64,000 bases of DNA from Rotaria socialis (lineage: Eukaryota), in the NCBI GenBank assembly GCA_905331295.1, contig CAJNYD010000039.1:1-64000 (forward strand), read 5' to 3'. Positions 14,361-27,264 of the stretch are shown here, one piece after another. Each line of letters begins with the position of its first letter. The first letter of the stretch is position 1. Made by a program: the position numbers and the translations under genes. Below the pieces are notes generated by a model. The model made no database searches. It was not told the DNA's origin and saw only the letters and a list, made by a program, of their open reading frames with translations.

Positions 14361-17300
14361 ATGGCTGCAAGTGCCGCTGCGTTAGCATTTCAAGCTAAAC
14401 GAAAGAATTTACTTAGTTTAGCACTTAAAAAAGATCCAATTTTACCACGTATCAAGCAAGCCGTTTCTTTCGTTCATGATGGAGAACCCCCAGAAGCTCA
14501 TTCAGCTGTCGACGAATCGCCACCAGCAGATTCACACATCAATACTATATCACAGGCACATATGCCTGTCGATGAATCAGCAAATACTACGAAAATAAGT
14601 AGTAATAAAGATTCAATCACTACTACATCATCAACATCGTAAGCAAACTTTTCAGAGAGACATCTATCAATCTTAACATACTAATATTCTAGGAAGACAA
14701 AATCAACAACAATATCAACTAAATCACTGATACCCGCAAAAGCTGCAACCTCTTTTTCTATATCGCCAATAGTTCCACTTGTGGGCGTAGTAACAGTAAT
14801 TTTAGTCTGTGGAGCAGCCGCTGTCTTTTTGCCACCTTTTCTTTTATCACTTCAATATCCAGGTAAATCTATGATGCCGATCTACAGTCTTGTAATCATT
14901 TTCTGATCATAGATTATTCTTGTTTCCCTGGTTGTTGGAATGGAGGTACTTGTTCGCCGCAGAATATTTGTACTTGCTTATCAGGCTACTCTGGCGATCG
15001 TTGTCAAACAAGTAAGATCATTGTGCCTTTTTTATCGAAACAAAAATAGACTTGATAGAAATTTATTTAAAATACAATAAAATGCAAAAGTCATTTAAAT
15101 GACCATTAGTGAGAATTTTAGTTTAAATTGTTCTCAAAAAAATTAAACAAAAGTCTTTCATTAAAACGACTGACTAAAAATTATAATAATACTTCTATTT
15201 TCTTCTGAAATTGATTGATTGTTAAATTAAGTAATGACAATTATTCTTTCGCTTGCCTTAGCAGAAGCGTTCTAGTAATATATGGCGCACCCAATATCTC
15301 ATCCCGAATGTATATTCTCAGAAAATATCGCAGAAATATAAACTGATCTAACAATTTTATTTATAACAATGCCAGATGACAAAATTATCTACGCTACGAA
15401 TTGTGTTTTTCTCAGTTCATACATATTTAATATATTGAAAACTTCACAGAACAGTGATGGATATTTTTATTGTATTTCATAAGAGCAGTTTTTCATGAGA
15501 ATTGTTTCTGATTGAAATAGTTTTTATAGCAATTATCGTCTTGATGTCGACATAAATAATATAGGACATCTGGTTTTCAAAATAAAACAAAACTGGGAAT
15601 GTATTTTGATTTTCACCAATGAATTAAAACCTTGATCTTCTATTGTTCGAGCCATTTTGTTTTTATTACTGTGAATAATATTTATCTATTGAAATTTTTG
15701 CTTTTCTTAGCTATTTGTAATCAAACTTGCATTAATGGAGTGTGTGCAGATCCTTATAAATGTACCTGTCAGGCCGGTTGGAATGGAACTTATTGCGATC
15801 AACGTAAATTCAAATTTTGTAAACTAACAAATGAACTTTATCTTAATTATTTTTTCCAGCTATTTGCATCCCACAATGTGTTAATGGTAATTGTACTGGA
15901 CCCAATTATTGCACGTTAGATTTTAGCATTCTTTCTTTGAATAACTTATACTTATTTGTGTTTATTTTTTTACTGCTATAGCTGTAATGTTACATATACT
16001 GGTTATCTTTGTTTAACACGTAAGTCGTTTTCTAAAGTCCATTGAGCAATAAATTTATTGACACTCTTTTTTTAGCGGTTTGTTCTCCTTCTTGTGTTCA
16101 CGGATATTGTACGTCTCCGGGCAATTGTTTGTACGTATTTTCCTACAGAAGCTTCTGGTAGAATCTTAAATTATGTTTGCTTAGGTGTAACACTGGCTGG
16201 AATGGAACAAGTTGTGATGAACGTAAATAACTTGATAGAGATTCAATCCTATGAATTTATAATTTTGTATATTCGTAGCAATATGTTCGCCCTCATGTGT
16301 TAATGGAAATTGCACATATCCAAATGTTTGCAATTGTAGTACGGATTGGACGGGTAGCACATGTAGTACACGTAAGTATTTTCTGAACAATCGTTTATAT
16401 TTTATGCGGGAAAAACGGCGTTATATTTCTATTAGCAATTTGCTCACCTACTTGTATGCACAATTCGAACTGTACTGCTCCAAATACGTGTGTTTGTTCG
16501 TCAGGTTATAATGGCAGCTATTGTCAATCTCGTAAGATTTTCTTTCAAGTCGATGGCCGTTGTTCAAGTCAATGGTTCTTTTTATTTGTTTAGCTATATG
16601 TACATCCCCTTGTCAGAATGGTGGTAATTGTGTAAGTGAAAAATTAAAGTTTATTGCTATTCATTGAAAATATACTTTCTTCATTAGACTGCACCGTCAG
16701 TTTGTACGTGTCCAACAACGTTTAATGGTTCAGTGTGTGAATTTCGTTAGTAACATTGTTTTTAGTAATATATGTAAATTATCGATAATATTCTAGCTAT
16801 ATGCACAAATTCGTGTTTAAACAATGGAAATTGCACAGGTAATATTTTGATGGACGGATCGATCGATTGATTAATAAATAAAATATTGTCCCTTTTTTTA
16901 GCACCCGATGTTTGTACTTGCGCTGCGGGATGGACGGGCAGTATTTGTCAAACAGGCAAGTATTCGATTTTGGATTATTGTTTTTTTTTGACATTTTAAT
17001 CATTTGAAATCATGTTTCTTTTTAGCAAACTGCACACCTTCTTGTCAGAATGGTGGTACTTGTGTAAGTTGAATTTCATTGAAAATCTATGCTCTTACGT
17101 GAAACGATACAATTCTTGATTAGGTTTCACCAAACAATTGCTCTTGTGATACCACTAAATGGAGTGGAACAGTGTGTACTACACGTATGGAATATTTTAG
17201 ATTAAATTTTCTTCTATTTACATAAGTTCTGGTTATTTTATTTTATTTTAGCTGTGTGCAGTTTTAATTGTTCAAATGGTGGGACGTGTGGGCCAACTCC

Positions 17301-19680
17301 ACAAACATGGTATGTCCAATTGTGATACTTGTTTATAGATATTATTGATATCTTTAATCTTATTAGTACTTGTACGTCTCAATGGTCAGGAACACAGTGT
17401 ACAACTCGTAAGTCAATTTTTTTCTATTAGTCTTTTTATGAAATCCAACGAAAATCATCATAAAAAAAAATAATCTTTCTTTTATATTTCTTAGCTGTTT
17501 GCTCACCTACATGTCAAAATCAAGGAACATGTGTGGGTATGTATCATCGATTCATTTTTCGTTCAATAAAAATGAGAATTTTTTCTTAGCTCCAAATAAC
17601 TGTTCATGCCCAATTGGTTACAATGGAAGCGTCTGTCAATATCGTACGATTGCTTCGTTTTTAGAAATAATACAAAATGAATTATTTTGTGTGTTTTCAG
17701 CTATTTGCCTAACTGCCTGCAATCATGGAGGTTCCTGTGTAGCACCAAATGAATGTAATTGCACAACCTCGTGGGCAGGACTTCTATGCGACATGCCAAG
17801 ATGTAATCCATGGTGTCAGAATGGCGGTGAGTTTTCGATGATTTTAATCATTATTATTTCGATATGGCACGATTAATATAGAGAAAATTCTATAAAGATA
17901 AAAGTAAAGAGCACTAATAATGGATTAGTCAGTCAAGTTCAGTCATATTTTATGAGTATTTCATTAAATACTAAACATATTATTTTCTGCACTCATATCA
18001 ATTGGATTTAATAATTCTAGGTGTTTGCATTGCTCCAGGCATTTGTGTCTGTGACAATATAAGTTGGACCGGCTCTATTTGTGTAACTCGTAAGTCTAGC
18101 TGGTTTACAGTAGTTTATAAACGTCATTGATATATTCTCTTCTCCTATACCAGCTATATGCTCAATAACTTGTATGAATGGTGGTACATGTGTTGGTCCC
18201 AACATTTGCCAATGTAAGCAATGAAATCATAAGAGTGAAACTGATTTTCTAAAATAGTATTTTTTTTGTTGATTTAAAGGTGTGAAGGGCTACACTGGCG
18301 AAACCTGTGGACAACGTATGTATTGAAAAAGCCTTCGAAATAAAATAGAATCATTTTTAAATAAAAATTTGCAGCATTATGTAACCCCATCAACTATGAT
18401 GATTCAATAGGCTACCTAGTACCAAATGCAACTTGTCAAAATGGTGGAACATGCATATCGCCTTATAACTGTTCAGTAAGTTCAGAATTCATCTAAAAAC
18501 TATTTGACTTACCTTTTCTCATAAAAAGTGTACTGCATCTTGGAGTGGCACCTACTGTCAAACAGCCATCTGTAATCCACAATGCATTAATGATGGTAAC
18601 TGTACAGCACCTAACGTTTGCACATGTAATACAACTCAATGGAATGGGAGTTTGTGTGAAATACCTGTTTGTAATCCATCATGTCTTAACAACGGAAACT
18701 GTACGTCACCAGGTGTTTGTACCTGTGATACATCGCAATGGAATGGCACGATATGTGAAACACCAGTTTGTACTCCAATTTGCCATAATAATGGAAAATG
18801 TACCTCACCAGGCGTTTGTACCTGCGATACATCACAATGGAATGGGACTCGATGTGAAACACCTGTTTGTAGTTCACCTTGCCTTAACAATGGAAATTGC
18901 ACTGCGCCAGGTGTCTGTACATGCGATACAACTCAATGGAATGGTACTACTTGTGAAACACCTGTTTGTAGTTCGCCTTGTCAAAATAATGGAAACTGTA
19001 CTGCACCGGGTGTTTGTACCTGTGTTACATCACAATGGAATGGTTCTGATTGCACCACACGTAAGTAGTTTATGTTGAATAATATATCGGTACTGACCTG
19101 GCTACTATTTGTTCCAAACTGAATACACGAGAAAGTAATCGATTCTACGTTTCAATGTTTTAGCTGTTTGCTTAACACCTTGTCTAAATTCTGGCAACTG
19201 TACATCACCCGGTGTTTGCACGTGTCCAACAGGATGGACTGGCTTAGACTGCAATACTCGTATGTATTCTAATTTTTATTATAAAATCTACGTTTCTGTT
19301 AGAGTTATGGATTTGAAAAGTTTAGTCAAAGAAAGTTGTCTGCATTTATTTCTTAATCTAATGAGGAGTTTAGTAATTTGGAAATACACCTAGCTTATAG
19401 AGTACTTGAATCAACAGCTAATATCACTTATGTACTATCAAATAACTAAAATATTTTTTTCTTTAATTTAATAGCTGATTGTCAAGTATGTATTGGCTCG
19501 AATTATACTACGTCATGCTTTGATTGCATTTTTTCGAACAATAACTGTACTATTGATTGCACATGTGAATTCGCTTCTGCTAACTACACTTCATCGGTGG
19601 ATTTACTAGCCAGTTTGAACAACAGATGTATCCTGGGTAGCAACAATGGCAACCTTACCTGCACTTATCCTTGTCCGTGA
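14361..19680 (+). CDS. Type II membrane protein: N-terminal tail, one TM helix, ~21 tandem EGF-like repeats, C-terminal CVNH-like Cys-rich module
   Basis: TM IVPLVGVVTVILVCGAAAVFLPPFLLSL in exon ~14693-14862. Repeats follow CxxxCxNxGxCxxPxxCxCxxxW/YxGxxC across many small exons. Last exon is 19475-19680 (TGA). Confidence 0.88.
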
Positions 19681-20434
19681 GATCTGACACTATTTTGAAC
19701 ATAAGATGCTGTTTTATCGTTAAATGTGAATGAAGAAGGTTTTCGTTTTGCCATTAGATTTTTCGTTATGAATTTACTTTAATCCGCATGCTTGCACATT
19801 TTAAAGACTGTTGAACAATCTTTCAATGTTTTAAATGGAAATTACTTCAAGTAATCACGCTATATATTTTTTTTGAATGGCATTTAACACAGTGATTCTT
19901 TTATGAAAAAACTAATGAATAAAAGTATTGACTTCAAACGAAAAATAAACACTTTGATAATAAATTGAAAAGAATCTATTTTATGATTATTCTGGAATTT
20001 TATATCAGTTATAAATTGTATTTTTCAACCACAAAAGTTCGATGATTCATTGACTTTCACAATTATAAATATTAGTAATGAGTCTTACTAATTTTTAATG
20101 GCATTCACTATGTATACTACTAAAGTAAGTAGATCTGTTTTACTGGGGAAAAGTTGCGTGATAAAAATGATTTATATTTTTTGTTTTCATTTCAATTTTA
20201 AAAAGTGAATTTTAAGACCAAAACTATAATTTTCAGTTTCAATCGCCTTTGTCAAATAAGATTTTGATTTATTGTGGCTTTTCAGTTATGCCTTTTATTT
20301 TATCTGTAAAAGCTTTGAAGTCTTTCTACCGTCATTAACTTTTTTGTAAAATAAGTCTTCTTTTTCTGGGTTTGTGCATGTCTTAGGCAAAGGTAGCTGA
20401 TTTCGAAGTGAAATCAACATTTTCATTTTGAAGA

Positions 20435-20946
20435 TATATCGGCTTATCCACGTAACGCGCTACTTCGCTGGTCAAGTTTTTAAAAAAATTTTCGATATGG
20501 ACAGATCTAAGCGTATTTTCTGGTACAGGTTTTTACGCTGACTATGAATTTGTACCTTTTTTCTTAAAAAGAATTGAGTTTTGGCATCGAAAACCGCGCT
20601 TTAAAGTTTTCAAAAATCGTATTTTCAATTTTCTAACCAAGAAATTTAAAACAAAAATGCAGAGTCATATGCCATTCGATGTGGAATTTGATTCTCTACA
20701 AAATGGCTTATTTATTTTCTACTCTCATTCCTCAGGGCAATTTCTAAGCTCTTGCACAGTTTCTAACTTGCTGTACAATTGTTGAGCTCCTATTTCAATG
20801 TAGCAACTTGATCTTTTTACAGAAGGGTATATGCACGGCAATGATCAATATGTATGAACATTAAAAAATTTTAAGCATGTTAAGTGCTTCAAATTTGGTG
20901 GACAAAAAAAAAGTGTTACAGCGTTACGTTTGGATAAGCCGAGATA
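20435..20946. mobile_element. Non-autonomous DNA transposon (MITE) with terminal inverted repeats
   Basis: Left end tatatcggcttatccacgtaacgc; right end gcgttacgtttggataagccgagata. TA at both ends; non-coding interior. Confidence 0.65.
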
Positions 20947-21493
20947 GATGTTTTTTTTTTTTTATAATAAAATACTATTTCTGATTCCAATTTATTCAGA
21001 AGGAAAACTTTATAATAGATCCTGATTCATAAATTAATATTAAAAAAACGAAAACTAACGTCAGAAACAATATTTTCATCTTACGTGCTATGAATAGACA
21101 AAAAAATTTATGAGTTATGATGAAAAATATTAATCTTACATACATATTTTTTGCAACAATTCTGATTACAGCAACAAAATACATCGGTGATATTAACATA
21201 TGAATAGTCAGGCTATGAAATCTCTTCATCTTATCTAGCTAATTTTTCTAATTCATAGTCCATCTAGAAACTCCATGTGTCATAACAAAAATTATCAAAT
21301 TTCTCTTCACGATTTATTCATTCGATATTAAAACATTGCTTATTCGTTTACTGAAGACTACAATAATATTCACTATGACGTGGTTGTCGTAGTCTAAATG
21401 GAAGTTCTTTCAGACAACTATTATGACAGATTACTAGAATATCTCTAAATGATAGTGAGGTATTATTTTCATTGAGATATCATATTTAATTTG

Positions 21494-22081
21494 TTATGCA
21501 AGTGTATTAAAACGTTTAAGAAGAAAATATATATCAGCAACAGCAACAACAAATGCACATAGAAGACCAAATGATATCTGCAAAACAAAGTTGTTTGTCC
21601 CAGTTGAATATTCAACAGACTTATAGCCAAACACAAAAGCTCCACCAATAGTTAAAAAGACATTTGCAATTGTTATTAATTGTCCTTGTACAGATTTCAT
21701 ATCAGGCATGAATGTTTCGTTCGATTTACTTGCATAAATTCTATTGAAATTGACATTTTTTGTCATCTCATCATATTCATGATTGGCTTGTTGGGCTTTT
21801 AATTTTTCAACACGTGCATTTAACTCAGGATTTCGTTCTGGTTCAATATAAGCCGGTACAAATAAATCACTGCCTGCTAAAATTTCATGTAGATAATTTT
21901 CTTTATCGGATAATTTATATGCTTCAAGTAAAATTGTAGCTGGAATATATTTTGTTGATTTCGATTGAAGAATATTGTCAATTTGTTTATAAATATTTGA
22001 ATTTTTATTTTCAGTTTTTTTTAAAACATTTTCTAATAACTGTTCGATGGTAGATGTTCGTTCGATTTGAACAAGATTCAT
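21494..22081 (-). CDS. TMEM199: TMEM199/Vma12 V-ATPase assembly factor, intronless
   Basis: LAGSDLFVP, ERNPELNARVEKLKAQQANHEYDEMTKNV, then two C-terminal TM helices ending VAVADIYF. Confidence 0.9.
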   Translation of the reverse strand: MNLVQIERTSTIEQLLENVLKKTENKNSNIYKQIDNILQSKSTKYIPATILLEAYKLSDKENYLHEILAGSDLFVPAYIEPERNPELNARVEKLKAQQANHEYDEMTKNVNFNRIYASKSNETFMPDMKSVQGQLITIANVFLTIGGAFVFGYKSVEYSTGTNNFVLQISFGLLCAFVVAVADIYFLLKRFNTLA

Positions 22082-22438
22082 GGTGCTTTTTTAATTATGA
22101 ATAAATAATTGAAAACCAATCCAACTAAGACCGTAAAGCGTTAAGGCAATAATAATTGTTGACGGAATGAGAAGAAGATAGTAAAGAAAAACACTGGAAA
22201 ATATTATCATCGAATAAGCGTCAACGTCAATAATATCTAAATTTCAAAGGAACCTTTATTTATTTATTTTGTTCGACACACGATATGACATATGAATCAT
22301 GATTTGTTTCTGATTGGCTTGCGCAATAGAATGAGTCATGGATGAGTGTGGTAATCGTCTCATTTGCTGGTTTATAAAAAAGAGAAATATATAAAGATTG
22401 AACTCTTTGTTTAACTGGTTCATTTGTAAAGTTAAAAA

Positions 22439-23972
22439 ATGTCGAATAAAGCAGAATTACAACGTAAATTAAAAGATATTGGTTATGAATTAGGTCCTTT
22501 TGCATCAAAAGATACATTGTCAAACGTTTTACGTCTTCATTTATCGGTAAGAGAAATCCATTTCCTTTTAGATTTGATTTACTATTTTATTTATTAGGCT
22601 TCGGAAAATAAAGGCGTTGATGTTGCGAAATTAAGTGATTTTACTCTTCGTAAAAATCTGACAGAAAATGGTCTTGTTGTTGGACCTGTTACAAGTAAGA
22701 ATTGAATGAATTTTTTTTCTATTCACAATTTATCAATCATTTTAGATCATACACGAGCAATTTATCAACGTAAATTACTTGAAATATTAACCAATGAAAC
22801 AAGCGAAGGTAGAATTAGGCATAAGATTTAGAAAAATATACTTCATTTGAGTTTGTTTTTATTTTTGTAGGAAAAGAAGATGAAATGGATAATGATATAC
22901 CAATATCAATGACACCGCCACGAGCAACTCGTAGTTCAATAGCTCGGTAAATATAAATAAAATGTTGACTATCATAAATCAGACTAATTGTCCGTGAGTT
23001 TTACCAATCGTCTACTATCTATAAAACATTGTCGTAGAAATTACTCAAGTTTCATTGAAAACATGTTGCATTACGGTAAACCTGAGTGTATAGGATCTTT
23101 TTAAGGTTCAGTAAAGCGAAAAAACAAAGTTAATTGTTAATAAAATTAAGAAGACAGATATTTCAAAAACGAAATATTAATCACACACATAACGAAGTTC
23201 TGTAAATGTGTTCGAATGCGAGAATAACTAGATTTACATTTATGACACTTTTTACAATATTATCTTTTTTTTGTAGAATTGGAGATAATGAGGTAACATC
23301 GTCCCCTGGACGGTCGTATGCAGATGTTTATCATGAACCACGTATAGAATTAACTCGTATTGATTTTAATGAAAAAAATAAACATACTTTACCATCATTT
23401 TATCCAAATGTATCGAGTACAAAAACAAAATCTGATCAAACAATAACGCATACGTATTCACCACAACGTTCATCAACAAAGCCAGAATCACGAAATAGTA
23501 CAACATCCTATGGTTTAAGAAATCCATATGATTTTCAAAACGATGACCCAATTATAATTCGGCATGAACATAAAACAACACCATTTCGAACATCGACTAT
23601 TTCAACAAGTGAAACAATTTCAGCAAATGCAAATCGTTATACAAAACCATTGGATTTACCATCAACAACACGCAATGAGTTCAATGAAATTCGTTCACGA
23701 ATTCTACCAAATAAAATTGAAGATAAAGAAACTCCAATTATTAAAGATTCCATGCCAAAGAAAAATACTTTCGCCAATCAATTGGAAAATACAAAGTCGT
23801 CTAACGTTGAAAAACTTGATGCTGCAGCCAAAAGTAAATAGGATTTTCACAATGTATATGCTTGTAAAAATTCTCTCTTTTTTATATAGATGGTGGAACA
23901 TTCCTCTATGGTGGTATTACAATTGCCGTCGCATTAATAGTCTTCATACTTTATCTGTGGCTCGAAAAATGA
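22439..23972 (+). CDS. LAP2/emerin-like inner nuclear membrane protein (LEM-like + LEM + disordered region + C-terminal TM), 6 exons
   Basis: LEM motif LSDFTLRKNLTENGLVVGPVT|NHTRAIYQRKLLE. N-terminal KAELQRKLKDIGYELGPFASKDTLSNVLRLHL is LEM-like. C-terminal TM FLYGGITIAVALIVFILYLWL. Confidence 0.85.
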
Positions 23973-25675
23973 CATTCATTCTTTTCTTATACTTAGGACA
24001 ACATCTTTCTGTTTTACTAAATTTCTCTCTTGTTTATCAGACACTTCTATATATAAATATGTGTGTGTATAACTTTAGCTGAGAAGTCTGACAGTCAATT
24101 CAGAGTACTCAATTCTATGAGTCTAAAGATCTCTAACGATGTATTCACTATATTTTCCTTTTCTTGTATTTGATAATGTGTGAATTGGTTATTTCGGTTT
24201 TTTTTTGTATTTGAAGAATAAAATAAAACATGAAGAATATCATTTTCAATGTTAGATATCCACGAGACAGAATTCATTCTTCAAATAATCTGTAGTTTTC
24301 GCATAACTGTAATTTATTCAACTAATCACGCTGTCAATAACAATACTAGACATGTAAGTAAAAACAAAAAAAGAGAAAAAACAAAAGCTCTAGAAATTCT
24401 ATTTACCTGAAGAAGTTCACCCAGTGTATGAATCAGATCAATGGCTCGTATTTATTTCATTAATGAAAAAGTTGGTCAAAGTGCATTTATAAATATCTAA
24501 TCTACATTTAGTCGATTATTTTTATTTTTTTTATAGAAGAACAGATATATCTCTGACGTTAGTATATGATAAAATGCCAGCTACCTGATTGTAAATTACA
24601 CCTTATGTTAATCAATATAAAACGTATCGATGATTATTTTTTAATGCGATGCGAAGCGTCGAGATCGTACTGAAAACATGTGTTTGCCAATCTTCATCCT
24701 GAAGTTTCGTTCACTCAGAACAGTCGTTCAAAAATGATGAAAATGAAAGAAATTTATTGCGAGATAATTAAAATGACGTCATCATCATATGTTAGCCACT
24801 ATAGTCTATTCATTTACAGGTGATCTAAGATAATGAATCGTGGAGATGATCAATCGAAATCAATCTGTAAGAATAGATCGCTAAGTAAGAATAGAGTTTT
24901 CTCAGTAATGAATTGCATTACGGCTATATAAAAAATATTTAAAATCTATCAATTGAAGATTTTTCGTAGGAGATATACGGATTCTTGCTTCGCATCGCAT
25001 TTCGTATACGAGTGAAACTCGAATACCATCTAGTTAAATGAACGATCCGCATTAAAAATACTATGTGCATTGTTAGCCTGTAAGTGTATACTGTAAATCC
25101 TACTATGGTATTCTATTCATGAATGTTTTACATATGAACTGTTGAAGAGGTTAGTAGGTTTACGATCCTCTATTGTAATCTATAGTACGATAATCCCTTT
25201 GTATAAATATTCGACTAATGATGCTATTTATCATTTTAGTTTTTAATCGACAGCTGCTAGAGTACGAATTCTTTACTGGACATCCCAATCATAATTATTT
25301 AATTACTCGCAGAGAATTTAACGGAACTAAAACAGAATCATGTGGATAAATAATTGTTTTCCTACGAATTTTGAACTACGAGTCACAAAACATTAGTTTT
25401 CTCGATCGCTGCGAACGACTAGTAAAACGAACGTCATCAGTTAAAAATAAATTCGCAATAAAATAAATCACTGTTAGATTATTTATGTATAGTAATATGC
25501 TTTACTATCGATGTAGTATTTTAAAATACAAAAAAGAAATTTTTTTAGCATGATATGCAGTATTATATTTATAAAACTAGAAAAGTGTGGCCAAATTTTC
25601 TTGGCGTATTAAAATATGATGCATCGCCATGTTTAATTTATAGAATTGTACTGAATGAAAAATAAATGAATAAAA

Positions 25676-25794
25676 AGCTTACGACACTCGGTATTCCCAG
25701 GCGGTCACCCATCCAAGTACTAACCGAGCCCGACGTTGCTTAACTTCAGTGATCGGACGAGAACTGGTGTATTCAACGTGGTATGGCCGTAAGC
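25676..25794 (-). rRNA. 5S rRNA: 5S ribosomal RNA gene (single copy in the window)
   Basis: Minus strand GCTTACGGCCATACCACGTTGAATACACCAGTTCTCGTCCGATC...TAGTACTTGGATGGGTGACCGCCTGGGAATACCGAGTGTCGTAAGCT (119 nt), followed by an oligo-T Pol III terminator. Confidence 0.97.
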
Positions 25795-26081
25795 ATTCAT
25801 TGTTGATTCGCTTTTCCAAGTCATAGATGTAAAATACGATCAAGAGAAAATCAGCTGTGAATCTTTTCTTTTTCATCATCGCTTAGCTGTTTCTTTGCAA
25901 ACTACTGGATTAAATATTTTATTAATCACTGTTTATTAACAAAAAAAAGAATAAATTTTTCTTTAAATACATAGCAAATACAAAATCGAGATTATTCGGA
26001 AAACAGAACTTGTTTATAAAACATACATAATTTAAATACAAAGAAAAGTATTTCACGAGAAAAATAATACCCAAGAAATAT

Positions 26082-26614
26082 TTATTGCGCATGATACAAA
26101 AACGTTTTACCACTGCGTGTAACACTATCGTCCTCAGGTATGGGTGGTGTATGAAAATCATCTTCATCGCCGTCAATTTCATCATCAGCTCCTAAATAAT
26201 TTCTATTAGTTATTGAGTAATTTCAATCAAATAATATTTACCTTCACTATTTTCATTGTTTACTGCTTCAAGTAGTTTACGTTGATAGATTGCACGCGTA
26301 TAATCTACATAATTATTTCATTGCTCTATTTTCCATAATAAATAAATCAAATTCCTTACTTATAACAGGACCAGCTGCGACATTATATTGAATTAGTTTA
26401 GAGCGAAGTTCATGATCATTCATTTTAGGGACATCAATTCCTTTTTCAAGTGCCTGAAAAGAAAAATCTGTTTTCTTGAAAAATATTCTGATTCGATATC
26501 TCATACTTTCAAATGAAGACGTAACAGATTCACAATCGTTTCTTTTGACGTATACGGATTAAGATGATAACCATATGTTTTCAATATTACCTGTAATTCT
26601 TGTTTAGTTGACAT
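26082..26614 (-). CDS. Short soluble LEM-like + LEM protein, paralogue of the 22439-23972 gene, 4 exons
   Basis: MSTKQELQVILKTYGYHLNPYTSKETIVNLLRLHLK|ALEKGIDVPKMNDHELRSKLIQYNVAAGPVI|NYTRAIYQRKLLEAVNNENSE|GADDEIDGDEDDFHTPPIPEDDSVTRSGKTFLYHAQ*; no TM segment. Confidence 0.85.
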
Positions 26615-26649
26615 CGTTTTATTTTTCAATAATCTAGAAAGAAAAACGA

Positions 26650-27105
26650 TCACGTTTCCATTACTTCATTAAGTACATTAGTGTGAGTTGAACCACCAAC
26701 AGGTGGTAATAGTGTTCGTATTAATTCAATTAATTCGTTACTCTGCGTTTCAGTTAAACGTGTTTCGGAATCTTCTATAATCAATTGCAATTCGACAGGT
26801 GTTGTTGGACGTAAATTAATTATTTGAAGTATTTCATGTTTTTTTAATTCAAATTTTTTCGCTTCCCTATAAAATTGTGTTATGATATCCGGACTTTGTT
26901 CTACACATGGACTTTGTTCAAGATATTTTAATGTTCCATATATAACAGTATTTAAACCAACATTACAATGTTCAAGTGTACGATTTTGGCCTTTTTTACC
27001 ACGTTTACCAACGTCACGTTCATTATTTGTTTGATGAATTTGTTTAACAACAAGATATGTTTCATAGTTTGATAATGGACGAATAGAATCACGTTGAAAA
27101 TCCAT
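26650..27105 (-). CDS. CRCP: RNA polymerase III subunit RPC9 / CGRP receptor component (Rpb4 family), intronless
   Basis: LSNYETY, LNTVIYGTLKYL, and LKKHEILQIINLRPTTPVELQLIIEDSETRLTE. Confidence 0.9.
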   Translation of the reverse strand: MDFQRDSIRPLSNYETYLVVKQIHQTNNERDVGKRGKKGQNRTLEHCNVGLNTVIYGTLKYLEQSPCVEQSPDIITQFYREAKKFELKKHEILQIINLRPTTPVELQLIIEDSETRLTETQSNELIELIRTLLPPVGGSTHTNVLNEVMET

Positions 27106-27264
27106 ATTGATATTCGTTTAAATAAAAATCTATAACAAACATCGTCTTTAAGCTGCTTCTCTATTTTAGGAGAAAGGAAATTCTGGAGGATGCTCTAATA
27201 TACAACCAAAAAAAAAAAGAAAAATGGGATTACAAAAAAATGAAGAGCAGATGGGTTAAAAGGT

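Noticed and set aside
24000..25670. Spliced-leader RNA or snoRNA gene next to the 5S gene
   Set aside because: No recognisable SL exon with donor and Sm site, and no convincing C/D box pair with a terminal stem.
25679..25879. 66-aa ORF
   Set aside because: A translation of the 5S rRNA gene.
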